Assembly (NCBI GenBank): GCA_951406725.2
Contig: OX597815.1
Coordinates: 164,734,001 to 164,798,000 of the forward strand
Origin: Octopus vulgaris
Taxonomy: Eukaryota
DNA length: 64,000 nt
Direction of reading: 5' to 3'
Under the pieces are notes generated by a model. That model had not been told where the DNA came from and did no database searches. It saw only the letters and a program-made list of their open reading frames with translations. Positions 1 to 13,600 of the stretch are shown piece after piece. Positions within the stretch are counted from its first letter, which is position 1. The number at the start of each line of letters is the position of its first letter. Made by a program: the position numbers and the translations under genes.

Positions 1-99
1 ACGTACTGTATTCTTTCCTACTTACAAAAAACTTTAGTCTTTACTTAGTTTACTCTGAAGCCTTTTAATTCTGTCTGATTTTCATATTTAGAATTTCTT

Positions 100-405
100 A
101 TCTAAATCTTCCACAATCTCTATCTCTGCTATATGTATTGTTAGGTCATCACTTTAGAAGACTTATTACTGACAGCCAGTTTTAAGCTCCTCTGTTAATG
201 GTTGCAGAACTACAATAAATGGGAAGGAACTGAGAACTAAGACTTAATGTACACCCATTTTCACACTAAATTCCTCATTGAATTCATTGTGAACTTTGAC
301 TTTGCTGACTACAGTTCTATACGTGGCTTGCACTGTTCTCACAAACCATTAATCACCTGATAGTTTTCTTAGCAACTACCAGACTAGAGAGTGTAGTACC
401 TTGTC
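100..405 (-). mobile_element. degenerate RTE-clade LINE reverse transcriptase fragment
   Basis: Minus-strand translation FDKVLHSLVW*LLRKL...VRTVQATY...FSVKMGVH*VLVLS...LTEELKTGC parallels the RTE copy at 62040-62320; contains stops. Confidence 0.75.
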
Positions 406-1740
406 AAAAAGTGCTAGTGTGAAAGTAGGATGATAGGAAACAGTGTGGTGCAGTGGAATGTTGGGAAGGTTGAGTGGGGACAGGTGAGAGACTGATTAAT
501 TATAGAGAGATGAAAGGGTATTGAAGAAGCAGTGACTACAAGATGGAGATTTATGAAAGATATATTTGGTGATAGCTGAAACATACATATGCATCTCCCA
601 GCCTCCTTTATTATCATTATTTTTAAGTTCATTATGCTGTTTGCATGAGTGGGCATGTCTTTATCAGAACTGTGTGGATCAGTAATTATTGTGATGCCCT
701 GCCCCCACCCCCTCGGTCTTTTCCATTTCATCCCATATCTTTGTAGTCCCCCGCTTCCCAAGTTCCATCCACTTAAATTTTAGCATTCAGATTACTCTGT
801 CGAATGCTTATTAGTTCACATTGGTTTGAATTAACCATGCTTTATCTTGTAGCTTAAAGATTTCTGTGGTTTGACTGCCTATTTTTAGAATGGCGTTGTA
901 AGGTAGGTGTGATAGGCTGAATCTGGTCAGTTTGAAAATAAAAGGTAGAATATTTGGGCCAGATATTGCTGTTTACTTAAAATCATCAAAATGAAAAGTA
1001 TGCATGCCAGAACATGAACTTGTTTATTTCTCACTTTCAATGACCAGGGTAATAAATTTGTCAGGACATCTGTACTTGGCCACCTTGAACAAGGCCTTCT
1101 GCCTGATATACACACAAACGCTCACATGCAAATATTTAGTTTGTCTAAAATAATCTTGTATTTGTAACATGTCTAGAGAACTTCCTGCTACTGGTTTAAA
1201 CACAACATACAATACTTACACTTGGTTGGTGTCAGGAAGGGCATCCAGCTGTAGAAACATTGCCAGATCAGATTGGAGCCTGGTGCAGCTGCTGGCTCTC
1301 CAGACCTCAATCAAACTGTCCAACCCATGCCAGCTTGGAAAACGGACGTTAAACAATGATGATGATGTATATGATTTTAGAGTTAATAATAAAATTCTTT
1401 TTATGCATATTAAAATCAATACATATTTTCTGCTCCACTATGGCTAACAATCGACACCTGATGAGAAGTAGTGATAGTGTCCTCTTTAAAAAGCAGTTAA
1501 TTTGAATTAACTATTCTCTCCCCAGGCAGTTCATGTGTTTATGTTATATATAGAATTATATAAATTATATTTTAAGTACATGCTTAATGTTTTGTTTTAC
1601 TGCAAAACATTTAATATGTACTGTTTCATTTGTGTTTGTTTTTTTGTAAAGATACATGAATTTATTGCAATAATAATACTTACACTCAATTATCCTTCCA
1701 AACTGTTGTTAAACTTCTTTAAATTAATTACATTTTGCAG

Positions 1741-1872
1741 ATGGCTGATACTTCTAGTCCTGCCAGTAATCGCATAAAGTCATACAAGAATAAAGCTTTG
1801 GATTCTCAAGAACTACGCAGACGTCGTGAAGAAGAAGGTATTCAAATCAGAAAACAAAAGAGAGATGAGCAG
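1741..1872 (+). CDS. KPNA6: importin-alpha coding exon 1 (IBB domain)
   Basis: ttttgcag|ATG...GAGCAG|gtaaaa; [44 protein letters not shown]. The ATG directly follows an acceptor, so an upstream exon is implied (not located; probably outside the window). Confidence 0.93.
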
Positions 1873-4800
1873 GTAAAACTCTTTTCGAGTTTTTTTTTTT
1901 TTTTTTTTTTTTATTCTCCTGCCCCCATTCTTTTTAGTTAAGAATTTTGGACTGCACAACTACTTTGGTACTGAAATTGAAAATTATAAAATTTTAGCTT
2001 AATTATATTGTATATATAGTTTAATGTTGGCTTTTGCAACTGCAAGAAGAGTAATCAAAATAATTTTGTTTCTCAGCAGTACAGGACATTTTTAGTTGAA
2101 GTTTTGGAGGCTAGCATTTTTTTTTTTTTTAGTCATTTTCATCTGTGACCCCCTTTTTTGTTCTTTAATTTCCCCCTCCCCCTTTTTCTCACAACTTCAG
2201 TTCTGTGTGCTGGTTCCCTCTCATTGTTGACCCTGTTATATGCTATTCATTTTGTGTCTGAGTGATTTTACAATTACAGTCCTATGCTTTTCTCGAAGTA
2301 TAATCGTTGGTACAGCTGAAATGTTATACTAAAGAAAATACAAGTCTTCCGTGAAACTTTAACCCTTTAGCATTCAGATTAGTCAAATGTAATGCTTATT
2401 TATTCACATTGTTTTGAATTAGTCATGCATTGTTTTGTAGCTTTGAGATTTTGATTTTAGGATTGTTTACTTTTAGTATGACATTGTAGCATAGATGTAA
2501 TAGACTATTTGGCCAGTTTTGAACATAACACAAGTACAATATTATGGCCAGTATAAATGCTAAAGAGTTAAAACTCTATTTCTATAAAGAATCAAGGAGC
2601 TCTGGCAGTACTTAGTGTGTATCTAGGAACAATATGGTAGTATTTAGGGAACTTCAATGGCAATTAATCCTTAGGTTTATATGGCTTTGGTAGGAGTCCT
2701 AAGATTTTCCTTTGTAGATTATTACATATCTCCTTCATTTGCTAGGAGGAAGAGAATGTTTATTTTTAATGTTTTAAGTCCCTTCCAGTTCGCAATCCTC
2801 TGGGAGCGTAGTAAAATAGATTGGCCGAGTTTCCAGCCTACATACAGCTACCCATGTGAAAAGCATGGAGTTCTGAAGTCCAGCCCAACCACTTTGAGTG
2901 ACTGCCCCTGGGCTTTGTTGATGGTCATGACAAAGCTTAGACATATGGGGAACTGTACTCTTTTCATTGGAAATACTTAGTCAGTTGGAATTAGTGGTAT
3001 TCAGGAAATGAAAACTGTGTCACCAGCCCCTTGACCTGTTTCGATTTTAGCCTCGATAACATCATCCAACAATTGGGTTACAACTAACTGGGTGCCATTG
3101 CAAAGCCGAGGAGGTTCCAAGTCTCTCAGAATAATTGAACCTCCAAGTCTGAGGCAGAGTTTATGAGGTGGCATTCCCGATGGTTCTTGGGAGTTTAAAA
3201 ATTCTGTTGGGTAAACCATTACTTGCATTGGATCCATTATTGAATCAATGGACACGTAGATTTGCTCCTAGGTTGGAAGTTGATGAAGGAGGCACGTGTT
3301 AAGAACTTGGACAGTGGCGTTTGTTGGAGCTAAAATGGCCCTTTCACACATCCATTGGTGACTGATGTAGTTTGTTGAAAGGTCGGGGTAAACTGTTCTG
3401 CAAAGATCCTCGTGGCTGGAGACGTAGTTACCAATGGTACTTATGTCAGCCAAACCATTTGTGTCCGTCGGTAAGTTCCCATTACCAACATCCAATAAGT
3501 TTGTAGCAAAGTCATCATCACCCACTTGTTGGTAAAGAATCACGTGCACGTTGATGGTTAACTTTCTTGTCTGGACGAAATGCCAAAGATGAGAATGTTT
3601 GATGCAAGTTTCTATTTCATCACCTAGGACGATGGGAAGAGTTTGATGAAAGTCCCCAGCAAGAAGCAAAACAATGCCACCAAATAGTTGGGAGCTGGAG
3701 CGCAAGTCTTGTCGTGTTGCATTGATGGCATCAAATACATTCTTGTGAAACAGTGTTGCCTTATCCCAGACTATCAATACATTTTTGAAAGACGACAGCC
3801 TCATCAGAATTATTCCTTATGTTGGTTGAAGGATTTTCAACATGACTGATATTAAGAGGAAGCTTAAATGTGGAGTGGATTGTTCTGTCGTCTAACAGTG
3901 TGACTGCTATTCCTGAAGACGCCATTGCAATGGCTATCTGCCCATGTTGGCGAACTTTAGCAAGAAGGAGGTTGAGTTGAAATCAACATCAGTTGACATG
4001 AGCATGTTTTGAAGCCAAAGGAGAATATGGGCATATGGAAATCCTCTCTTCTGCCATTCAGTGCTGTACATGAAACACCATACTGGTCCAAAAAGTTGTC
4101 CATGCCTAATACCATCCATCATTTTCTTAAGCTTAAGGTGAAACATTCTCGATATGATATCATGCCTGTCTGATGGATTTGGGCCAGGAAATAGGTGAGA
4201 CTAGATATCTCTCCATTTAGGATTGCAAGTGAAGGTGATCAAATGATCAGGACAGCCACAGTGGTGGACATAGGTAAGAGCATCCTGTGTTTTTTCATGC
4301 ATGTAATAGGGGCCTCCAGTGTATGATAGGAGAATGACAGGAAGCCCAACATCCGAAGCCATTACCTGATCATTTTGGTTGACTTCATCTCATAGATTGC
4401 CGTATTCTTCTGCACACAGTTCCTTTTGATGGTGTCTAATCCATTGGAGACATTTGGTGTCAACCTGGAAAATGAAAAAAAACTCTTGCTGTATAATCTG
4501 AGAACTGGTTTTGGAAATTACCATAACAGTCATAAAAGAAACAAAAATTACCTTAGCAAATATGTCTACACAGTATTGATTGAGGAGCATCTGTACTCTT
4601 TGCGGAATATTGATGTTGTCTTTGTGAACCATAATTCTAAATGTATAAAATTCCATTTGTGAAATAGTTTTCAATGGTTGGAGATACATTAAAGTTACCA
4701 GATTACACTTTGGTAAGTCAATGCAGTAGCCATCATCACCAAAAGGGAAAAGAAATGGATATTGGATGGCATTATATGCAGGATTAAGTTCGTTTGTTTT

Positions 4801-6570
4801 TTGGAGATGCGAATTCTGCCATTCAAAACAATATCATGTTTTGTTGCACTCATGGGGACCCGTAAAAGCACAGCAACCTCGTCTGTTTGGGGTCTGTTAA
4901 AACAACCCTGCTGCTGGCCTGGTGGCGCATGATCAGCTCGAATGACAGCCTTGAAATGATTAGTATTGGCATCTCTGCACTGAAAAGCAGTTTTGAAAAT
5001 AGTAATGTAGGGGTTAATGGTATGAAGCATATTTTGAAGGGGCTGTAGAAGTGATGCTAGTGTTCCAGAAACAATTGAGGCTCTTCGTGCAGTTTCCTCA
5101 GGGCCATTTCCCATAAAGTAAATCTGAAGAAAATTGAGTTCATTGCCATCATGTGGAGTAAGGGAGCCAATTTGATGGTAAATTTGGCCTTGTAATTTGA
5201 ATGTGGGCATGTAATTTCCCTCTCTTATTGGTTTATATCCAAAACTGGTCATTTGGAAAACGGAATTGTAGGCTCTTATATTGCGTAGAAAGTGTTTAGA
5301 ACCTGGTTGGTCACCAAGAAGCAGGGAAGTCAAAGATTCGGCACCGACTTTCAAATGAGGCAATCTAACCATCCCATTGGAGCAGCAAATACCAGCAGTT
5401 TCTGCTGGCCACCTCATTGTGTTACAATCGAAGCAAATAGTTGACATGCTACCAATGATGATATGTGGGTGGGATGCGTAGTCCTCTTGGAGGCTGTAAT
5501 GAAAAGCCTTGTTAGACCAGTAACACAAAGAAATCCTCAGAAAGACATGATGATGTATTTTCCATTGAGAATCAGCTTCAAGCCTTGTTGCCCGTTGGTC
5601 AGCAGTCTCTAAAGCATGGCTATTTGATGTGGAAGCAGCATCGCGTGCAATCCGATATCTTGTTCAGGTGTTTCTGAAACTTTAGCTATCAACATAGAGG
5701 CAGCATTGCATGCACACCAACAGTCAGCTTGTTCAGGTGTTTCTGAAGTTCTGGCCATCGACATAGAGGCAGCATCATGTGCATGCCAACAGTCAGCTTG
5801 TTTAGCGGTCTTGCTTGCACGCTGTGAACGCATAGCAAAAGTATGTCTTGTTTTTTTGCCAAGATTACTCTTTCTTCCTCGAGGCATCCAATCAAGGAAT
5901 CTGGAATTGAATAAAACCTAACCAAATGAAATCAAAAAATTACCTCAATGGGTTTTTGCAAGCTCTCAATATGGTATCTCAACAAAACCCCAGAACGTTT
6001 AAAAACAAATTTTGACACAATATTGTCAGCACAAAAATAAACGTAATTGTGAACAAGCAGTAACATTTAGAAGCATGTGTGGGCATAAAGTATATTGAGA
6101 AAATCAACCTCAAAATTTTACGCATTTTAATAGACCTGGAGTGTTTTTTCTCAATAAGGATAATTGATGGATAACAAACCTTAATAACACAATAAGTGAA
6201 AAGGACAGAAAGAAAGTGAAAGATGTATGTACGTCTATGTGAAATGGACGTGTGTGAGAGAGAAAGAATAAAAAGGAGAGATAGAGTGAGTGAGTGAAAG
6301 TGTGTGTCATGATGGTTGATGTCTTTTACAGTATGCACACACATTGAAAATATGATGTCTTCGTATAAAATGTTTACAATAGTTGATTTATGGAAAAGAT
6401 TATGTTATATTTTTGAAATGCAAAGTGGCTGTGTGGTAAGTAGCTGGTTCCAGGTTTGGTCCCACTGCGTGGCACCTTGAGCAGTGTCTTCTACTATAGC
6501 CTCGGGCCAACCAAAGCCTTGTGATTGGATTTGGTAGACAGAAACTAAAAGAAGCCTGTTGTGTATGTAT

Positions 6571-6616
<46 letters not shown>

Positions 6617-7636
6617 TAATAATAATATAACACCATCCAAAGACCCGGCAAGACTAGTCAGGCCATAACCCGTGGCCCCTACCTGGGACGTAGTCAGTCC
6701 ACCTGTGCATACCTTCCTTCTTATGACACTTGTGAAGACCTGTTGAGGCAAGTATGTGACACTTGTGAAGACCTGTTGAGGCAAGTGTGTGACAGTTGTG
6801 AAGACCTGTTGAGGCAAGTGAAAATCAAACCAAATCAAAATAGATGAACATCAATGGAATTTGTATCTTTGTGGTACCAGTGCCGGTGGCACACAAGAAA
6901 ACCATCCGAACGTGGCCGTAGCCAGTACCGCATCGACTGGCCTCCGTGCTGTGGGCACGTAACAAGCACCATCCGATCGTGGCCGTTCGCCAGCCTCATC
7001 TGGCACTTGTGTCGGTGGCACATAAAAACACCATCCGAGCGTGGCCGTCTGCCAGCCTCGTCTGGCACCTGTGTCGGTGGCACATAAAAAACACCATCCG
7101 AGCGTGGCCGTTCGCCAGCCTCGTCTGGCACCTGTGTCGGTGGCACATAAAATCACCCACTACACTCTCGGAGTGGTTGGCGTTAGGAAGGGCATCCAGC
7201 TGTAGAAACACTGCCAGATCTGACTGGCCTGGTGCAGCCTTCGGGCTCCCCAGACCCCAGTTGAACCGTCCAACCCATGCTAGCATGGAAAGCGGACGTT
7301 AAATGAGGATGATGATGATGATGATGATATATATATATATATATATGTGTTTGTATTTGTCCCCCCAACATCACTTGAAAACCGATGGCGGTGAGTTTAT
7401 GTCCCTGTAACTTGGCAGTTCAGCAAAAGAGACAGATATAAGAAGTACTAGGCTTACAAAGAATAAGTCCTGGGGTTGATTTGCTCAACAAAATGAGGTG
7501 CTCCAGCATGGCCACAGTCAAATGACTGAAACAAGTAAAAAAGAGAGTAATTCAGTTTAATTTATAGCTGAAATAGTACTGAACCTTTTGATACCCCATA
7601 CGTCAAAATCTGTAACTCGGTTTCGGAAATCATAAG

Positions 7637-7676
<40 letters not shown>

Positions 7677-10600
7677 CAGACTTCTCTCAAACTGAAAGTA
7701 TTACCTCACATTACAATAGAAACGTAATACTGAAATAGTGTAAGGGATAAGAGATTGCTCTGGGCTCGCATTACACATGAAGTTGGAAATTTTGTTGGCT
7801 CATGACACTGCATGGACCTTGGATTTTGTATTTGATGACTGTTGCTTTAAGTATTTTATTTCGATTTTACGTATATGTGTATGTATGAGCCAATGAAGGA
7901 AACCTCTACATGGTAGCTAGACCTGGTAGAAATAGCAGCCAAATTTCCCTCAAAACACCCTACTGTCTTAATCTGAGAATTCTATCTATTATGTAGTTTG
8001 AATGAAAAACTGTAACTAAAGATTAATGAGGAACAGATATACAGCCCACAACTGATGAAAGGTCCTTTCTTTGTGTTAACTTGTCCCTTTTTTTTTTTTT
8101 TTTCATTGTTTACATATTTCATGTTATTACATATTTTATATTGCACCATTGGTGACATCCTGTACCCATATATGCATGTGTGTGTATACATACATACATA
8201 CATATATATATGTATATATATATATATACATAAAACTGCCAACCAAATGTGACGTCCTATATGGGATAGTGCAACTGATGTTTATAGCCCCAGGAAGACA
8301 CCTCTACCAGCTGGCTAACAACACACATTTTGTGTCTGATTAGCATTTGCGAGAGGATGTCAGCACTCCCATCCCTAGCCGTATGTGATACAAATGAACT
8401 CAAGTTCATCTATATCACGTAAGGCTAGGGATGGGAGTGCTGACCTCCTCTCACAAATGCTAATTGGACACAAAATGTATGTCGTTAGCCAGCTGGTAGA
8501 GATGTCTTCCTGGGGCTATAAACATCAGTAGTACTGTCCTGTATAGGACACCACATTTGGTTGGCAGTTATATGTTACGATTCCGTATTGCTACTCTTTA
8601 CATCTCACCCAGAGATTTAATATTGCCTATATAGACACACACACACACACAGTTGCAGACATAGCTGTTAGGTTAAGACATTCACTTTGCAACCACATGG
8701 TTTCAGATTCAGTCCCACTGCACAGCACCAGACTCTGTGAATGAATAATGAATTTGGTAAATGGCAACTGAAAAGAAGCTTGAAGTGTATGTTTATGTCT
8801 TGTCTTGACATCGTGTGCTAATTTTAAACAAGCTTCACCATCATACTGACCGTAACATTTGTTTTGCATTCTTCCATGAAAACATGGACTGAGAAAAATG
8901 TTACCTTGCTTGAAAACAGATAGGTTTTGGTGACAAGAAGAGCCTTCAGCCATAGAAATTCTCCCTCAACGAATCTCGTCTAAGCGATGCAATCACTATC
9001 CAATGTTCCTTTCCTCTTGTAGGTGGTAGTTATATGATTAGAGGGAGTTTTGGTTGGTATTTATAATAGCTTGAGCAACCACAGATATTCCCTCATTGGC
9101 TCATATACCTTGTGCTTGTCTGTTACTAGTGAGCCATCCATTTCACATAACGAACCTATTTTGCAATGTTTTTCTTACCATGCTCTTGTGTTTTTATAGG
9201 AGCACAGTTCATGTATTTATTTTTAATTGTTTGAAGGAATGCTTTTAGATATTGTGAAAGTTTCTTTTAATTTCTCCTTAGAGAAGATTTTTTTTTTTAT
9301 GAGCATGTTTCTACAACATAACAGCTGTTATCTATGTTCTGTTATGTTGACTTGACTTCTTAATGTAATTAGTATAAATAATTTTTCTTATAAAATGATT
9401 TCCTGTTGGTTTTAAAAACATTTAGGTTAAACATATGTTAAATGTGCTTCTCAACTGCTAAACTAATTGTGTTATAAATATTAACTTTTAGCTCTCACAG
9501 TTAAAAGTACCGGCTTATTGATCTCTACTTGCCTATATTTAAATCTTATAATCGCCATCTGTCTTATGTGTTCACATACTTAACTGAAAAAGCAAACCTC
9601 ATAGCTGATATAAAGAATGTTTCAAAATATTAAATTGCTTGTTCCATTAATACATGCAAATATTTTAAGTTGTAGAAAGTTTAAAGCATATATATAGGAA
9701 AACACTATCGCTGTTTGTGTTGCAGAAAAGTTTCATTTTTTTTTTTTTTTTGCATCAAGCTTTAAAGCAGTGAGATTATTAAAGTGTTTCCTGTTAAAAT
9801 TGTTAGAAATATTTTCTCATAAAAAGGCAGCGAGCTGGCAGAAACGTTAGCATGCCGGGCGAAATGCTTTGCCATATTTCATCTGCCGTTATGTTCTAAG
9901 TTCAAATTCCGCTGAGGTCAACTTTGCCTTTCATCCTTTCAGGGTCGATAAATTAAGTACCAGTTACGCACAGGGGTTGATGTAATCGAATTAATCCGTT
10001 TGTCTGTCCTTGTTTGTCCCCTCTATGTTTAGCCCCTAGTGGGCAATAAAGAAATAAGAAATATTTTCTCATAAAGTATACATATATTGGTGTTAACGTA
10101 AAATTTACTTGGAATACAATCTCTTAAAACTTTTATTTTTTTTATGCTGTTTCCCTATTGGATTATATATGCGAGTGTGTGTGAGAGAGAGAGGGAGGTT
10201 GTGGTGCAGTGGTGTAACTAAATTAGTAGTCTATTATTCTATTCAAGACAAATGTCTTCATTTTTTTTTTATTTTATATCTCATTTATAAACAAAAGCAT
10301 CATTGATTACATGTTCATTCAAACAGCATTGGTTTTTTTTTTTCACTGATAAGCATTGACAAAAGATACTTCATATGAAATTTTGGATAAATGCAATTAT
10401 ATAAACATGCTTAAAAAAATTAGGGTAAAGGTGTATCTCAAAAAAGACCACTGGGATTGATATTTATATATATATATATTATCTTTGTGATCAGGAGAGA
10501 AGGCAATGCCTGAGATACTCTGAGACTAGCGGGAGGGAGGGAAGAACGTATCCTCAAACCATACATCTGGCCATACTATTTTCAATAAAGTGGACTTCAC

Positions 10601-13600
10601 TAAAAGCACTGCAGGTGTCAGATGGTGGTGATAGATTAAGTGATAGATTAAGCCTATCATGCAAGTTGCCCATTACAAGATTAAAGCTCAGATCAGAGTA
10701 AATAAAGCTCTTCGTCATTTGCCAAAGTCTGTACAATTTGAAAACCAAAAGAGATTTTTTTTTTAAATTTTAGATTATTATACTTAAACATAATGTATAA
10801 GTTATTTCATTAGCAACTTGAAATTTGAACTATATTTAAAAAAATTGAATAATATCAATGAATAGATTGTAGCCTCTCTCTCTCTCTGTCTGTGTGTGTG
10901 TGTGTGTTTTTTTTACAAAATTGTTAATAATTGTAAAAAAAAAAAAAATTAACTTTTCTGAATCTTATTTCATTTATTAGTTGTTCAAACGAAGGAATGT
11001 ATCATTACCAAACGAATCTGATGATGTGATATCTGACATTCAGGAACCATTTGTATCTTCTTTCACTGTAAGTTAAATCACAATTTCGTTTTATATGATC
11101 AATTATTCTAAAAATGCTACAATTGTTATAAAACTTTAAGAAAACTAACTTTTTTTTTTAGTTTATATTGTTTGTGTATATTTCATTGCACTGTTATAAC
11201 TGGTATTTCTGCTACTTATTCCATGAGTGGTTTTTTTTTTGGGGGGGGGGGTAATTTGAAGGATTTGGAGGAAAAGATGACTGACTGTGCAGGGTTCCCA
11301 AGACAGATTAAACTGATACCATTAAGATCCCCCTTCAACCATTGCAACTTAGATGACATTCCAAGAAGGACTAGGCGTAGTGATTGATGCGTTATACCAA
11401 TTTCAATGATAACAGGAGGGTGGGGAGAAACATGGTTTGGAAATGCTGGAATGGAAGTAGCATGGGCCCAGTTGTCTTTGAGAGCAGAAGCCATTACAGT
11501 TGCAGTAGAAAAGACAAGAGAAGAGATAGCATGTCTATGGGCTAGAGATTGGAGCCCATAGACATGCCAATCAGTTGGTGGCCCCTATTTTAGATCCAGT
11601 CTAGGATGTCTCTGTACAACAGTAGCATGATCCTAAATAGAACATATTTCCTTATGATTCTTACTTGAGCTGTTGTCAATAATTGTTGGGAGTTGAAGTC
11701 TCAGCTATTTCTTCTCCAGTAATTGACACTATTATTACTGATTCATATTAAAACATAGTCAACTTTCATTTAAGACTTGTTCTCAAACAGTTTTACCTAA
11801 GAAGTTCTGGTGGGTTTTTGGTGAGTGGATTTATGGAAAACTCCATATACTCTTAAATTGAGAGTGTGATATGGTATAGGGCATGTGAAATTTATTTATT
11901 CAGAAAAAATACAGCAAACTGTTTCCAAATACTATAAGAATTAGAGCCATGTTGACTTTTTTCTATGTTTAAGAAAGATTGCATATTTAGTTATGAATAC
12001 AAACATTATCAAAAGAGTGATGTACTTTCTAACAGATTAATGTTAAATTTGGAGGCTGATTTGGAGGAAAGCTAAGTGGGGTTGGAAAATAGTTTAGAAG
12101 TGTGGTTTCTGTTTGCATATTGTGGAATTGGAAAGACATTGAGGCCAATAAAACCAGTTTTATTAATCATATGATATTCTATAATTTTCCAGTGATAATC
12201 TGCTTAGATTATTCTTCATTAATGTGTACAAAAGACTGTCTTGTAAATATAAGCTGTGAAATTGTTACCCTACTTTGGTAAAACTAGGCTAACCAACTGC
12301 TATTGTTTTGCTTGTTAAAAATCACCTAACTTTAAAAAATACACCTCTACAAGAAACCAGGTTCTATCTTTGTTGATATTGAATAACATGTTCTTGTATT
12401 TGGCTTTCGCTGTCTTATCAGCTTATTTCAATACATATTCATTAATTTAGATGAGTTTAAATACCATGATCAGATGAGCCTTGCTCAAAATGTTAGAACT
12501 CATGGCATACAAAGTTCTTCATATTTCTGAAATTTTTTAACTGTTTTTACTGGTGCAGACTGCCACCAGTTTCCCTGGACTCTGGTATGTAACATGCAAA
12601 ATGTTGCTACATTGATTTTTTATATGTTGTTCTAAATATTAAACATGTGCTATTAGTTATTTTATGATTACTTCGAAGAAAAATTATTTGCTACCTATTA
12701 TTAAATAGTTTGATTCTGAGAAGAAGAAACTGAAAGATCAGTTCGTTATAAGCTAAAAGCATTGATAGGTTGTTTCAGAATATGGAAAATACCTTATTTG
12801 AATTATCTACTTAACCCCTTAGGATTCAGATCCCCCTGTCAAATGTAATGCTTATTTATTCACATTGTTTTGAATTAATCATGTTGAATTAATCTCATAG
12901 CTTCAAGATTTCAGTAATGTAGTTATTTTATTTTTAGAATGACATTGTTGAGAAGGTGTGAGAGGCCTGATTTGGAAGGTTTCAACATAAAACACAATAT
13001 GTGGGCCATTTTAAATGCTAAAATGTTAAAATTAACTTGTTTTGATACAAAGAATTTTTATATACTTTACAGTTTTGTTAATTTTCCTACTTTCTCTCTA
13101 ATGGATGTAGGGTGGTGTTACCAGTGAAATGGTAAAAGCTCTGTACAGTGACAATATAGAAGAACAAGAACCTGCAACACAGAAATTTCGAAAACTCTTA
13201 TCAAAAGGTGATTCCACTTTCCTTTACAATCTTACACTACTTAATGATACTGAGCAGTTTTGTCTAATGGTTCTTAATTTAAATAGTTCATCTATTTACT
13301 GTTTGATGTTACTTTTATTTAACACATTACAATGTCAAAACAGTTCAAACACACACATCTGAGTTTGTATTTGCTGTTTAAGTTCTAATCAGTATCATTC
13401 AGTATATTTCCTTTTAATTTATTATTTTAGGATAGTTTCATGTGAAAACAAATTTTCATATTATCTGCATAAGGGAAGAAAATTAACTATTTACATTATC
13501 ATATGATACTAAAACATTCAAGTTACAGTCAAATGTAGTTGGTACAGTTTATTAATCATTATCAAATATGGAACCAAATGGTTTCATATCTAAACACCCA

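Noticed and set aside
2800-5890. Domesticated PIF1 helicase gene or Helitron gene capture
   Set aside because: Multiple stops, frameshifts and deletions; no recognisable captured host exon.
6726-7150. CRISPR-like array (33-bp and 62-bp repeats)
   Set aside because: Head-to-tail tandem repeats without unique spacers, inside a LINE 3' end in a eukaryotic intron; no cas genes.
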